Assembly: GCF_902652985.1 (NCBI RefSeq)
Contig: NC_047025.1
Span: 17,608,001 to 17,672,000 of the forward strand
Direction: 5' to 3'
Origin: Pecten maximus
Lineage: Eukaryota
Length of the DNA: 64,000 bases
Below the pieces are notes generated by a model that searched no databases, had not been told where the DNA came from, and saw nothing but the letters and a program-made list of their open reading frames with translations. Position numbers and translations under genes: made by a program. This document shows positions 1 through 28,104 of the stretch, piece by piece (positions within the stretch are counted from its first letter, which is position 1; every line of letters begins with the position of its first letter).

Positions 1-705
1 GATGATTTGGGCATAACAGTAGATGGTCAGTAGGACTTCCGTACGCATATGCAAAACGCTATTAATAAAGCAAATTCGGTACTGGGCATCATCAGAAGAA
101 TTTTTTTGTACATAGATGAATTCATGTTTAAACAATTGTTCAGGGCATTAGTCAGACCATATTTGGAATACGCGGCGTGTGCATGGAACCCCTACAAACA
201 GAGGTCGGAATATCAACATGATAGAAAATGTGCAACGAAGAGCCATAAACTCGTCCCAGGACTGAAGGAGCTAACAGAAGTTAAATCTCCCTACACTGAA
301 TTATTGGAGGATGCGAGGGGACTTAATCACAATTTTTAAAATAATTAATAACTTTTTTGATAACAGAGTAACCTCAAACTTATTTTCATTTGATATCAGC
401 CATCGACTCAGGGGCCATAGTTTTAAGATGTATAAAAACCGCTGTAATACAGAACTGAGAATGAACTTTTTTTTACATATAGAGTGGTTGATACACGGAA
501 TAGTCCCACAACACATGTTAACGTTCAATAATTATTCAATTTGAAAAAACAAGTGGTTGGTCACTCCAGGGATGTAATATATGATTATTGATATTCTGTT
601 GTATACAATGTTTTTAAATATTTTTATTTTTTTTTTGTGTGTGAAATATTAACTGATATGGACATAGAGGCTTTTATCCTGCGTCCATTAAATTCCATTA
701 AATAA
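1..705 (+). mobile_element. Decayed 3' end of a non-LTR retrotransposon (CR1/L2-like LINE, ORF2 C-terminus)
   Basis: Frameshifted ORFs 49-339 and 311-544 give INKANSVLGIIRR, LVRPYLEYAACAWNPY, RGDLITIFKI and LRGHSFKMYK, typical of the post-RT C-terminal region of CR1-type LINEs. Confidence 0.8.
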
Positions 706-742
706 GATTCCTTTACATAATCAATGCACTAAAGTGAATAGC

Positions 743-989
743 TATGGCGCGGGAAGGATGTCATAATTAAATATTTTTGCCTAAGCAAAAATATTTCTGC
801 CTAGGCAATATTCGATTTTTGCCTAGGCAAAAATAATTTTGTTTCGATTATTGCCTAGGCAAAAATCGTATTTTTCCTAGGCAGAAATCAAATTTTGCCT
901 AAGCAGAAATCGAATTTTGCCTAAGCAGAAATATTTTATATTTTTTTCATATTAAAAATATTTAATTAAGACATCCTTCCCGCGCCATA
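743..989. mobile_element. MITE / foldback element with ~35-bp terminal inverted repeats
   Basis: TATGGCGCGGGAAGGATGTCATAATTAAATATTTTT at 743 is the near reverse complement of AAAAATATTTAATTAAGACATCCTTCCCGCGCCATA ending at 989. The interior is made of TTGCCTAGGCAA palindromic units. Confidence 0.8.
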
Positions 990-1808
990 AAATATCAGGC
1001 TACATATGGTAACTTAGGGTCATGAATCGTGGTGAAGACTAACAAACGCATAGCCTTATGTCCAATGCTAAAAAAATGATAGGCTTGAAAACAACATTGA
1101 TACATTAAGGAGAACTACTGAACTCAAAAATTACAAAGGTATACTTTTGTTGGTAAATGGAATAGTCTATAGGTTTTAAAAAAGTAATGCATAATGTAAA
1201 ACAGTGTTTTCACGCATTACTTTTTTTTAAAGAAAAGAGATTGAACTTCTGTTGAATTCTGGATAAAATGTTCGCTTCAGTAGAACTGTACACCATTCGC
1301 ATCTTATTGATAAGATAACATATCGGTAGCTTCACATTCCACACAAGGGAAATAACTCGTAAATACACGAGGTAGGTAAGCCTCGTTCCTGCACCTTCGC
1401 GGGTCATCCTTGGCAGCCATTTTGACTCGAGAGAATGGAATACGGACTAAAAAGGAAATTCATCGGTGTCGACCTCCTTTGAAACAGTCAACACAGTGGT
1501 TTACGTGGCACCAATAGCTTCATCAGTTATTGAACTTTGAGATAGTGTCGATAGATTTATTCTCAATGTAGGTCTGTATGGGAAACGAACCAACATTTTA
1601 CATGGTACAACTAACGAGAGTTTCCAGTTTTACGGGAACCGGGAGGGTGCTGTCTCGGGTTCCTCGCATATGTTTAGTGTTTGTTGTGAAGTAAACACTA
1701 AACGTTTTCTTAGTTTGTTCCGTCCAAGAAACAGCCATTTTTCGCACATTCAGCAAGTACTTTAGGGAAATTAGTCAGTTAGGCCAATCTATACGAAAAT
1801 TTGCAAAA

Positions 1809-15752
<13,944 letters not shown>

Positions 15753-18527
15753 GGGGCCAGCAAACGTCACATTGCCTGCCTGTCTGTCTGCCTGAATGCC
15801 TGCCTGCCTGTCTGTCCGCTGTCAGATCAAATCTGTCGGCTAGTCGGTCTGTCTGTGTGGGCACATCCAGATCAGTATGTGAACATTTGTGACCAAGTGA
15901 ATGTGCTATATGGAAGATTTTAGTATCAAAGAGGGCCCAATCAGTACGTTAATGATGATAAATATTATTATAGTACCTGGTCTGAAAGTCAAAACATGTT
16001 CCATTGTGATGTAGTTTATAATGAAATGTAGTTGGTACATTTGTGACGATTATGTTACTTGGGTGTATTGGCTGTACCGCTATTAGTGATATTGACTTCT
16101 TGATATGAGTGAAATGTACGGATTTCCTCAACATTTACAGTATATATGGTGTACACTACAAACATTTGCAATTTTTAGCGCTCTGGTTAATGTACTGGAC
16201 AGTGTGGGGACACAGACTCCTTGAGTGATTTGTTGAAGGTGATATTACTCACCTTGTACATGACTGGGCAGGTTAATTACATAGAAGCTAGGTAACTAAC
16301 AGAGTAAGTGTCTATTAATGCAGTATTTGGTGTCTAACTCTTTGTGCTACAGATGTGTTATTAGTGTATATGAACATATTTAAGGGGACGGGGGATTCAA
16401 CAATTACAATACCTATTTACCTATAATAGATGGAGACATACCCTGTTTTGTCTCTAACTTTATCACCCATGGTCATTCACTTGCATTTATTTATTAATAA
16501 GTGATGTGTATAATGTATTGTAATGTGATTCGATTTATACAAATAATTAGAACAACAGTTGTGAAGTATAATACACTAGTATATTTGTTACAAGATAGGT
16601 GGTAACAAGTTTTATTAATAAAACAAATTGTATTGTTATTTGTATAAACTGATATAAAACAGTATAATATATTTTCATGATTGTCTCAAGTTGAAAGATG
16701 GTAAATCCCAGTTAAACTGAAGATGCAAACATATTGTTTAAGACATTACTGAGCATCAATTGTGTATCTGTATCGGCCTCAGCAATCACCATTTTCTGTT
16801 GCATATGTAACATGTAGACATACCTGTCAACTCTCACAATCTTGGTACAACAGTCTCGAGCTTTTATATGAAGCTCCATATTCTTGCAAAATCATCACGG
16901 ACATTGGTCTGGTTTATGGTAAAAGTGTGGGTGTGTGTGTGTGAAACTGATGATGATGGACTTATTGAACATTGGCCAGGGTGATCAGATATAACAGGGT
17001 ATGGGTGTTGAGGGCATTGGTGTGACTTACCAGGTGGCTAGTAGAATTCGTCAATCAGGGAAACTTGATTGACACTAGAGTGAAGGTCCTTATTCTGTAG
17101 TGTGTATCCAAGTTTTATCTCGGTCAATACATCAATATGTCTTGGGTATATCAATTTTGCATGTGTGTACATCCTTAGGTCAAGGAGTGTCACCATGGTA
17201 TATTGGGTATTGTATCCTCTAATTATGGCCCTTTTAATTGGTTGTTGCTTGACTTGGTAATTGATTCTAGAAAGTGTTATCAAATTTTTTATTTATTTTT
17301 TTCCCAAATGGTTTAAACACAGCACTGATCAAACCATGCTCTCTGTAAGACCAGTCTGTCTCTTTAGAAATCCAAATCTCACTTCCTGTTTTATGTTGGG
17401 GTTGACAGGTATGCTTGTTAAACCAACTAGATATAATCCCTCACAAATGGTGTGTCTATAGCAAGTTATATTTAGCAGCATAATACTTTGTTAAATATTG
17501 ACAATGGTTGAGTCTGTGTAGACAGAACAGGATAGATGCTTCATCAATGTTTTAACTGATACATGCTCGATAACTGGGTCAGAATGTCCTGTTGGTTCAT
17601 ATCACTTGTCATATCTACATAATGTTGCAACTGACCACAGTCATGTGAGATTCTATCATATTCTCTTTAACTTGTGTGTAGGAAGTATGACAGGAGGGCA
17701 ACCTGAGATTTTTATGTGATACAGTAATCTTATGAATGAATGTGTGCTTTACATGCCAAAATGTGTTTTAAGAAAATGTGAGGTTTATGTTCAATTTTTT
17801 TTAGAAGGCTGGTATGGGATAACACTATATTTGAAGCATATGTTTTGTTTAGGTTCCTAATGGACAAAAGAGTTTGTAGCCTTATATTGTGAATAAATTT
17901 TGAGGTAATTTTTCAAGAAAACATAAAACATGTTTTTTGTATGTTAAAATTTAAGATATTGTAAATTGGAAGTGAGTGACTTAGTATGTGTATTTGAATT
18001 TGCTTTGACATTATGATTGTTAGGGTACAATTTTTTCTTCTTCTCCAGACTAAAAGTTCAAACAGCTTCCATAGAACCTAAAATGCCCAGATACTTTGGT
18101 TTCTTTGTAGAGTGCAACCACATTCATTCATACACTGGTTTTTGGCTACAATGGAACCAAATTATCTGGACACTGGTTTCGGGTAATCCAGACACAAGGG
18201 TTTGTGTTTGCTCCCTCTAGATAAGTTTCTGGGCACTATGGAATGAACTCTAATATAACCTTTGTAGTTCGGACAATTTAGTTCCTTATTAACATAGACA
18301 TTATGGATCTGTATGCTGTGAAACCTAACAAGTCTGGTTTCTATCAAGTGTGGTTGACAGGGCCTCATTAGTTGATAAATTGTTTGCTATACAGTGACAC
18401 TTCCTTAAATAGTCATTTCGGTTCTTTGTTAAAAGAACTTTCATTATTCCAGGTAAAGGTAGTTACACTACTAATTGTACTAGACTGGACTGACCTGATA
18501 TTATGGAAATATTTAAGTTGCATACAT

Positions 18528-19370
18528 TCAGTCTGATCAATGTTATGTAGCACAAAGTCAGTCTGATCAATGTTATATAGCACAAACTCAGTCTGATCAA
18601 TGTTATGTAGCACAAAGTCAGTCTGATCAATGTCATGTAGCACAAACTCAGTCTGATCAATGTTATGTAGCACAGTCAGTCTGATCAATGTTATATAGCA
18701 CCAAAGTCAGCCTGATCAATGCTATGTAGCACAAAGTCAGTTTGATCAATGTTATGTTGCACAAACTCGGTCTGATCAATGTCATGTAGCACAAACTCAG
18801 TCTGATCAATGTTATGTAGCACAGTCAGTCTGATCAATGTTATATAGCACCAAAGTCAGCCTGATCAATGCTATGTAGCACAAAGTCAGTTTGATCAATG
18901 TTATGTTGCACAAACTCGGTCTGATCAATGTTATGTAGCATGAAAGTCAGTCTGATCAATGTAATGTAGCACAAACTCAGTCTGATCAATGTTATGTAGC
19001 ACAAACTCAGTCTGATCCATGTTATGTAGCACAAACTCAGTCTGATCAATTTTATATAGCACCAAAGTCAGTCTGATCAATGTTGCATAGCACAAACTCA
19101 CTCTGATCAATGTTACGTAGCACAAACTTAGTCTGATCAATGTTACATAGCACTGATCAATGTTACATAGCAAAAAGTTGGTCTGATCGATGTTACATAG
19201 CATTGATTGATGTTACATAGCATTGATCAATGTTACATAGCATTGATCAATGTTACATAGCACCAAACTCAGTCTGATCAATGTTATATAGCACAAACTC
19301 AGTCTGATCAATGTTATGTAGCACAAACTCAGTCTGATCAATGTTATATAGCACAAACTCTGTGATCAAT
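18528..19370. repeat. ~30-bp minisatellite
   Basis: Tandem CAGTCTGATCAATGTTATGTAGCACAAACT, with a shortened 20-bp sub-array near 19140-19260. Confidence 0.95.
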
Positions 19371-22300
19371 ATTGGATGTGGATGCATTGGTGCAATTCTA
19401 GCATAGGGTATGTATAGTCTTCAGTAACTTATCACTTACAGTAAAATAGCTGTGGATTTCATTGGGCATCAACAATAGAATAAAAAAAGCAGAAATAAAC
19501 ATGTTAAAATTGTATGTATGTGATCATGATTTGGAAGTAAAATCCATGTTCAGAGAATTTAAGTATGTTGAAAGTAATGGTTATGATATGTTGAATGTAG
19601 TTTTTAACTCGGCATAGTAAGAAACTAAAAAAGAAATATCAAAATCAGTCTAGTTTTATTTTTGAATATTCGTGACTATTTTAACACACTTTAAGTAATT
19701 TCAGGTATGAAGCTTGTATTAATGAATTCTTTATATTACAAAGCAAAGTATTGAACATGCATTCATATGAAGATAAATTATGCAAGTGCTGTGTGTATAA
19801 TAGTGTTGTATGAAGTATCTAGATGCACAAAGGCATATGTTTGTACCATAGAGCTGTGTATGAAGTCAGTCGCGATTTGGCTTCCCTGGTTCTGAAGCCA
19901 AAGGAGGTGGTCTTCACATGTTTATGTGGATAGTTATACAAGCATACAGGTGACCAAACCAAATCTTACATAGAGCAGGATACCGGAATTATTGATGTGC
20001 ATTGTTTGTTTTATTTATGTTTTCCTCCAAATTTTGTAGAAATGTGGGGATGGGAGGGAATAATACTGTTATAAGTTTTCTTTTCTTGATAACTGCATTT
20101 TAGTATGGCCTAATTTGGAGGAAAAAATGAAAGGAAACGGCTCTAGATAAACCGGTATAAGTTTCTCTAACATTTTTGGTAAATTAGAGAAACCCACGTT
20201 ACAGTATATTATTTCATTGATCTGCAAAGAATTTTAAAAAATAAAATTCTGAAATCTAGGTTGGTTTTATCTTTTATATGCAACCTAATGTTGCCTTAGA
20301 GATATGACATCACTAGTCACTATCTAGTTGAACAAGGGTTCTTCAGTAAGTGGCAGTTGGCAAATGCATATTGAAAATCATGGAAATGTATTTGCATCAT
20401 CCACAGGTGTACAGTGTTCCATTGTGATATTGATGGGCAAAATGCTAAATAAATACATGTATAGATTTTATGCTAATATTTGCTAATGAAAAAAGGTTGT
20501 TTTTTTTACACAAGTAAAAGCTATATGAGATATTAACAGCTATACTAATACCAAAGTCGGTTAACCTTAATTTTAACTCTGAATTTTTGGTGACAGCAGC
20601 TTTTAAATAGGTTATTTAAAATTCTGCAAAATTTCACCTATGTTAAACCATAATAGAAATACATAATATCAAGTAAATATGATGTAAGACTAAATTAATA
20701 ATCTTAGTTATTTTAGATAGTTTTAATTGCTTAGTAATGGTCATTTAAGATTTCACTTGGAGTGATCGGTCAGTTTTTAGTGAGTTCATTCACATGTGTT
20801 GCCTTATCTTCAAAATATCACATTCTGATTTACACCAAGTGTTTGCTGACAAGAGCTGAGGATTGTACTCTTATACTCATCCAACAAGATCTCTGCTTGA
20901 GATAACTAATTAGGAACACTAGATTTCATGGGTACTTGCTATTATAAAGATTGCAGAACTAATGTAATAAATTAAGGTTGATATTCGATACAAAACATCT
21001 ATTTGAAGTGTGATAATTGTTATAAAAATACTGTGTATGTCTACTAGCAATACAGTACTGAACACAAATTGAAACTTCAAAATTAATTTCTTTGGTTAGA
21101 AACAATATTAGTTAAATTAGGACCAAGTGGTGAAATTGATAATGTTTGAAATGTTATGAAGTTGTGTGTGGAAGAATAAGTTTGTATGTCCATAGTACAT
21201 GTATGTGCTCGATTTGAGCAGATATCTAAAACATTGAACAATAGTGTAAAAAATAATGGGTGTTACATTCAATCACACTTTTCATTTAATGCTATTGAAG
21301 AAAGGTTTGAGTTTATGCAATAAATATTCTGAGATAAACAAAATACTGTCATCAATTATTAGGGCCAACATCGTGAGATGTGGTGCCCTGTGGTAATCAG
21401 CCTGTTTGTTTGTCCAATTTTTGGGGTTATGCCTAGCTTATTGCACTTGACTTTATCCAGTGCTCAAAAAAGTGCTTGGTTAAGATAACTTATACCCAAG
21501 GTCATAAGTAAAAAGTCAAGGTCACTTACTATAGATAACTAGTTTATACATAACATCTTGTATTCTATTTGACTGATTACACTCTATTTCATGCTTCCTT
21601 GAAGAATGTGCTTCCGTTTGATAGATTTTTCATCCCAAAAGTCAATCAAAGTCATTTATTGTAAGCAGAAAAACAATTTATACAAAATATCAGTTTAGTT
21701 TGGTAGATTGCACTCGGACTCTATCAAGGTTTTTTTTTTAAGGAAGTGCTTGCTTTTGGTAGCTTTAAAGTTCCCTAGTAAAAAACATTTATGCACAATA
21801 TCTGAGTTCTGTCGGGACGATTGCACTTAACCCAGTGCTTCCTAAAAAAAAATTGCTTTTGATAGCTTTTCCATTTCCAAAGTAAAAAAACCCTCTATCC
21901 ATTTAGTTGATTGTTGTTCCATTATATTAAAATAATGCAATTCAATATCGGTGTAACACTTCTGTTAAGCTCTGGATAAGAGATGCATACGTTGCGGGGC
22001 CCTAAAATCATGACGTGTCTGCTACTCTAGTTAACTTTGTATTTACAAAACATTTGGCAGGAAAAGATACTTTTTGAATGTCTAGCAACAACCGAACATC
22101 TACTGGATTGGTTTGACGGCACATCAACACACATAAGGCCATGTAGGACCCAGCAAAGATAAGGGGGGACAGCGAACATTAAACAAAATCAATGTTTTAA
22201 AATGATGTGAAAGGGGGTAATTATATAAACACAGAAATAGTAGTAGTAATAGAGCGGTAGTGGTAGTAGTGTGTTTACTAATCCTCAAATTAAGGTACTG

Positions 22301-22899
22301 CAAAATTGGTACAAACTTAATGAAAAGGGTATGTAAAAGTCTCCTAAACGATGAACACAACATATATTTTCGGTATTACTCTTAAAGAATCGGTAGTAAA
22401 GCTTGTATTCAACGATACACCAGACACCTGTGTCAATAGTAAACGAGACTTTCATCAATCGATATTGTCAGTTAATAAGGTGACCATCAAATACTCTCCG
22501 CTAGAGAAATATGCAATTAACAAATGTTTTGAAGTTCCTTCATAAGTTTCTAAAAATAGTAACCCAGACCTCTTTTTGCATCATAGTACTTCGATACCCG
22601 TCAAAGAACGCGATTCTTATGCAGTTTTTATGTTCAGGTTAACTTAAAATTTCCTTAAAAGTAAACTAGAGAACTGCATGCAAAGTACTTTCCCAGAATG
22701 CGGCATAGCGATATTTGGGAGAGAAAATTTATTTGTAATAGATACATACTTTTAAACTTTTAACTGTGCTCGAAAACATAATGACAAAAATAAAACTAGG
22801 AAGTTTCATTTAAAATCCATCAAGAACTTGACGGGATACATTTTCTTCATTAGCCTACCAAAGGTAAGTTACTGGACGAACCTTCCGACACTGAAAAAC

Positions 22900-23425
22900 T
22901 TACCAGGTCAGAATTTCAGTCCAAACTGTCACCTTTCAAGTCAGATCGTCGGACCTTCTAGCCTTGTACAACTGACCAGATTGGAATTTCAGCGCACCCA
23001 AGTCTGACCTGACAATGTACAGCTGACCATATGAGAATTTTAGTAGTCAATCGCTTTCGAGTCTGACCTTGCTTGTAAAACTGACCATATGAGAATTTTA
23101 GTAGTCAATCGCTTTCAAGTCTGACCTTGCTTGTTAAACTAGTGCAGTCTGTCGCTTTCAAGTCTGACCTTGTACAACTGGTCAAATGAGCATTTTAGTC
23201 CATTGTGCCATCTTCAAGTCTGACCTGACGTTGTACAAATGACCAGATTATAATTTTAGTCCATTGTGCCACGTTCAAGTTTGACCTTGTACAACTCGCC
23301 ATGTGAGTATTTTAGTCCATTGTGTAATATTCAAGTCTGACCTTCTGACATTGTACGACTAGCAAGCTTTAAGGTGAGCATTTTAGTCCATTGTGTCGCA
23401 TTCGAGTCTGGCCTTGTACAAGTGG
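22900..23425. repeat. Degenerate ~55-60-bp tandem repeat
   Basis: Recurring TTCAAGTCTGACCTTGTACAACTGACCA...TTTTAGT units. Confidence 0.75.
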
Positions 23426-23434
23426 GCAGGTGAT

Positions 23435-23710
23435 TGGTTTGGGTTGGTTTGTTTGACGTCCTATTAACAGCCAGGGTCATTTAAGGACGTGCCAAGTTTG
23501 GAGGTGGAGGAAAGCCGGAGTATCCGGAGAAAAACCACCGGCCTACGGTCAGTACCTGGCAACTGGTAGGCTGGCACGTCCTTAAATGACCATGGCTGTT
23601 AATAGGACGTTAAAGAAAACAAACCAAACTAAACCAAACCAATCACCTTCCCACTTGTAGGTTTCGAACTCGCAACCCAGAGGCGGAGGGCTAGTGATAA
23701 AGTGTCGGGG
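23435..23710 (-). mobile_element. tRNA-derived SINE disrupted by an inverted duplication
   Basis: GGTTT tail; core GAAAGCCGGAGTATCCGGAGAAAAACCACCG; B-box-like GGTTTCGAACTC near 23660; tail shared with the element at 53833. Confidence 0.6.
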
Positions 23711-24969
23711 AAAGCATTTTTGTTCAGTCTGGCATTCAGGCACATCCGACTTTGACTAGGTAGGAATGTGAGAGAGATTAGTAGAAATATCAAACTCGTC
23801 ATATGGTATAGACATTATGTTGTAATAGACAAATGAACGAACATGCGAAATTGTGTAGTTCAACCAAAAATGTCGGACATCTGAATGCATTTTAGTTCCG
23901 TCATTACTGACAGGCAATTTAAGCGGTTATCATTCCAAGTTGGACCCGGTTTCATCAATGTTCCTAAATTAAAAATCCCCCGTAGGAAATCACTTAAGAG
24001 GAACTCTGTTTAAATTGTGTAATATTTTCCAATGGAAACGTTTAAGATATTGATGAAAATAGGGCGAAATATACTGCCCTCCATAAGTTCTGTTACACTT
24101 GGAACGTTTAAATCGTAATCGAATGGCTAGCCAACAAAACTTGAGAAAAAGTGTTGTGATATCCGTAAGATAATCCATTTGTAAGTGACGATCGCAAATT
24201 ATTTGAAAAATACCTCACTTCTTTGAAGTTGCAGGTAGAGGGAATGGAGGGTCCTATTTTCCATAATGTTAAAAATGAATAAAAATATGGTTTTTTTTAC
24301 AGACACGAATAAAAGTAATTGTTTAAGTGATTATCAGTAAAAATAATAATTAAGAAATGCATTTTTGAAATTTATATCAAACAAAGAGGGACATTTACAG
24401 AATGTTGCATTTTGAGGATTTCCATTGTAACGAAAACATATGCATTATCGAAAAATGAACATGAACATTTGAAATCATGAACAAAACCATCCTAAGAAGT
24501 TATGATTCTTACAAATTGTAATACAGACTTCGAGATTAACTTCGCTGTATTTTACGTTATAATTGTAACAGGGCTTTTTGAGGGCAGTGTATAGCACGCC
24601 ACCATCGTTAGAAATCGAATGCATGTATAGAAGTACTTCTGGCGTCTGGTACTACATCTATCCACATTAACCGCAACAAATCGCGAATTATTCGGACTAA
24701 ATAAAATGAAGAAAAAATATCATTGTTGAAGTGGTAGATTAAGTAAAATTGTCTTAAAAGATGTATGGATGTGCGCGGCATTCAGTTTTCATTCTGTGCA
24801 TGTCAACTTTTTGGTCACGGACATCGAAGCCACACATCATAAGTTGTCCAACAGAACTTCAGTCGGGGAGAGTACGCCTTATACTATGAGGCAGTTGTAT
24901 GTTTGTTTTTTAAAATTTAAAAACAAACAAAAAAACCCGTATGTTTCACATGTTTTATTACATCTTAGC

Positions 24970-27240
24970 TGTATCAGTAGCATTTCCCCTGTCTCTTATC
25001 TTTAGATCTTCTTTGGAAACTGGTATATTCCCAAAACAGTGGGAAAAAGCGTTAGTAATATTATTTAAAAAGGGGGATAAGCATGAAGTTTCAAATTACA
25101 GACCTATATCATTACTTAGCGCTGTTGGGAAAGTTTTTGAACGATTAATTGTGAAATATTTGAATAATTATTTATTAGAAAATTCCTAAGTATATAAATA
25201 TTCAACAGTGCACCAAATTATAGAATCATATCACACTTTATGTGAAAATTAAGAAAAAAACGTCAATGTTTATTTTTTTGTGATATATCAAAAGCGTTCG
25301 ATCGTGTGTGGCACAAGGAGCTGATGGTGAAACTGGCAAATTATGGCATTTCAGGGAAATTGTTATATTTGTTAGGTAGTTATATTAGTGATAGACAGCT
25401 GCAAGTCTTTGTTGCAAATAATAAGTCTTTAGTTAAATCTACAAATGCTCGGTGTTCATCAAGGCTCGGTATTAGGCCCTCTTTTAATTATTCTATATAT
25501 AAATGACATAGCCGATAACCTTGAAAGTTTATGTAAATTATTTGCAGATGATACTTCCTTACTGTACTCGGATACCTCTCCTCAAACTATTGAAACAAAG
25601 ATAAATAGCGATCTAGGTAAAATTAAACACTGGACAGAAAAATGGTTAATAAATTTTAATCCTGCTAAGACTTACTTGTTTCCAACTTTGAGCTTGACCA
25701 TGTAATTAAAATAAAGTTTAATAATGTAAATGTTGACTTTGTAGAGAATTATAAGCACCTTGGAGTAATATTAAATGAAAATTGTAAATGGAGTTGCCAT
25801 ATTGAAAATATTTGTAAAAATGTGTCAAACAGGTAAGTGTTTTACGAAAACTGAAGTATGTGTTGAACAGAGGAACTCTAGACAAAATAAACAGATCGTA
25901 CATTCTTCCTTTATTAGAATATTGCTGTGAAGTATGGGACGGATGTACTCTCAGTGATGCGGACAATTTAGAATAAAATCCAGGTAGGGTCTATTCGTGT
26001 AATTACTGGATTATCCTCTTATACAAGTAGGGAATCATTATATTCTGATAGTGCACTAGAACCATTAACAAATAGAAAGAAAAGGAGAAAATTACAACTT
26101 TTCTACAAAATTCACGCCAATCTAACGCCGAACTATCTTACAGATTTACTTCCTCCTTTAGTTTCGCAAAATATACAATATAACCTCCGTAATGCTAACA
26201 ACTACTGTTTACCTAATTTTAGACTTCATCTTACTAACACTTCTTTTCCCCCTCTTCTATTCGACTTTGGAACAACTTAGAACCTAACATAAAACAGAGC
26301 ATGTCAGTCTCAGTATTTAAAGACACTCTTCGTAAGCATAATGACATAAATATTCCTACTTATTATTTGATTGGTGACAGGAAAACTAAAATTTTGCATG
26401 CCAGATTAAGATGTAGATCTAGTACCCTAAATGACGACTTATTTCATGCTAATTTGATTGATTTCCAACTTGGACACTATATAGAAAATGCTTACCGTTT
26501 CTTCTTTAATTGTAACAAGTATGTAGATCAGAGAGTAAAATGGTACCGCGAGTTAAATTAGTTCATCCCATTAGACCTGCAACTAATATTACACGGAAGT
26601 CCTGATTTAACAAAGGAAGAAAACGAAAGAATATGTTTGCACACTTAGCAATATATTTGTGATACATATTTTGATTTCTGTATCTCCCTCTGCACTATTC
26701 CTCTCCCTCTATCACTCCCTCCCTACCAGCTTTCTTTCTCTTCCTTTAATCAAATATGTCACTTCAATAATATAAACTAAGGACAGCGTCTTTGATCTTT
26801 CTCGATTCATATGGAATTTGCGAAACGGCCGGATATATCAGAAGGAAAGACAGCGGTGAATTTAAAGCAAAACATGGCATGAGATATGATGAACATCGAA
26901 CAGCTGACAGTATGGAACAGCCCAATGTAAACAAATGGCAGCCGAGTCGAGTAAGATCACTCACTCTGTCTAAAAACAATACTTTAAAACTTTCTTGTCA
27001 AAAATTTCCTTATTATTCTTCAAAAATTGTAAACTTTTTTATCACACCATCTACAGAATACTCTTCTTAAACGTACATTTTCAAAAAATGAAATCACTTT
27101 ATTTAAATTCTAATGTCATCGTGTAAATTTTTGTGTTGTATATAGATCTACTATTTTTGGGAAAGGGCTTTATATATGTTGGAAAACTTGTGCCCGATCC
27201 CTTTGAATATTTATGATAAAATTAAATATATTTAAATCAA
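24970..27240 (+). mobile_element. 5'-truncated, frameshifted LINE (reverse transcriptase pseudogene)
   Basis: Fragments PLSLIFRSSLETGIFPKQW, FKKGDKHEVSNYRPISLLSAVGKVFE, DISKAFDRVWH, GVHQGSVLGPLL, LFADDT and ILHARLRC with many stops and frameshifts; 3' AAGGG...CCCTT stem-loop and AT-rich tail near 27160-27240. Confidence 0.9.
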
Positions 27241-28104
27241 TTTTTAGCTGTCATTTAGCTGTATTTATTAATGTTGATAATTAAATGACAGAATATTGTT
27301 GTCGTACGTTGCCACTTCCGTCATTTTTCTTATTTTCAGTAGATTCGATAAAAAAAATATGCTTAATTTTAGTCCTATTGACAATGTACGACTGAACACA
27401 GATATTTCTAAAAATTGATTCGATAATTCAACCGCCTTAAAATAAATAAAGAACTTTTAAATCTTCAACTTGTTGAAGGCGGTTATAAAATTTAGATCTA
27501 AGAAGAAATCTTGTATCTAGAAACTGTCTAAGTAGTCTAGTTACCATCGGTATATAGGCCTACTACTGTAGTGTCCGAGCTCAAGACAAGATGTTGCAAT
27601 CCTTGTTACTTTAAAAACAAACACACTGAATGTTTTTATGAAGCGTTAAGTACAGCGACATGTCCCATGTAAGGTCTAGCATAGACTGATTTGTTTGTAC
27701 TCGAGTACCTATATAGTACAGAGATTTTAACCGGAAGAACGAAGCACAACCTTTACCGGAAATTAATGTTTTTAAATAGCACCGAGGTTATTTGCTTAAA
27801 TGATTATTATCATCATCTATATATATCATGTTATATATATTTTCATAAGTAATAAATCGATATTGTATCATGATAATTTTGTTAAAGAGTTTGATTGCAA
27901 AAAGCTGCGTAGTACCTTGGATACATGCATGGCAACTATATTCATGCGCAGCCTTCTTACCGCCCTTGACAACTTGCTAAGTCTAGCTACACACAGTCAG
28001 TCTATCACTTAACAACGTGAACATCGAGGTAGCAGGACCTATGATTGTCGGTGGTCCAGAAGTACTGTTTTGATACATCTTAGTGTAATTTTAAGTTTTT
28101 AAAA

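Noticed and set aside
1210-1407. Possible divergent gene upstream of CK2alpha
   Set aside because: Short ORF with no recognisable protein features and no supporting exon chain.
18413-19203. Several minus-strand repetitive ORFs
   Set aside because: Translations of the 30-bp minisatellite in multiple frames.
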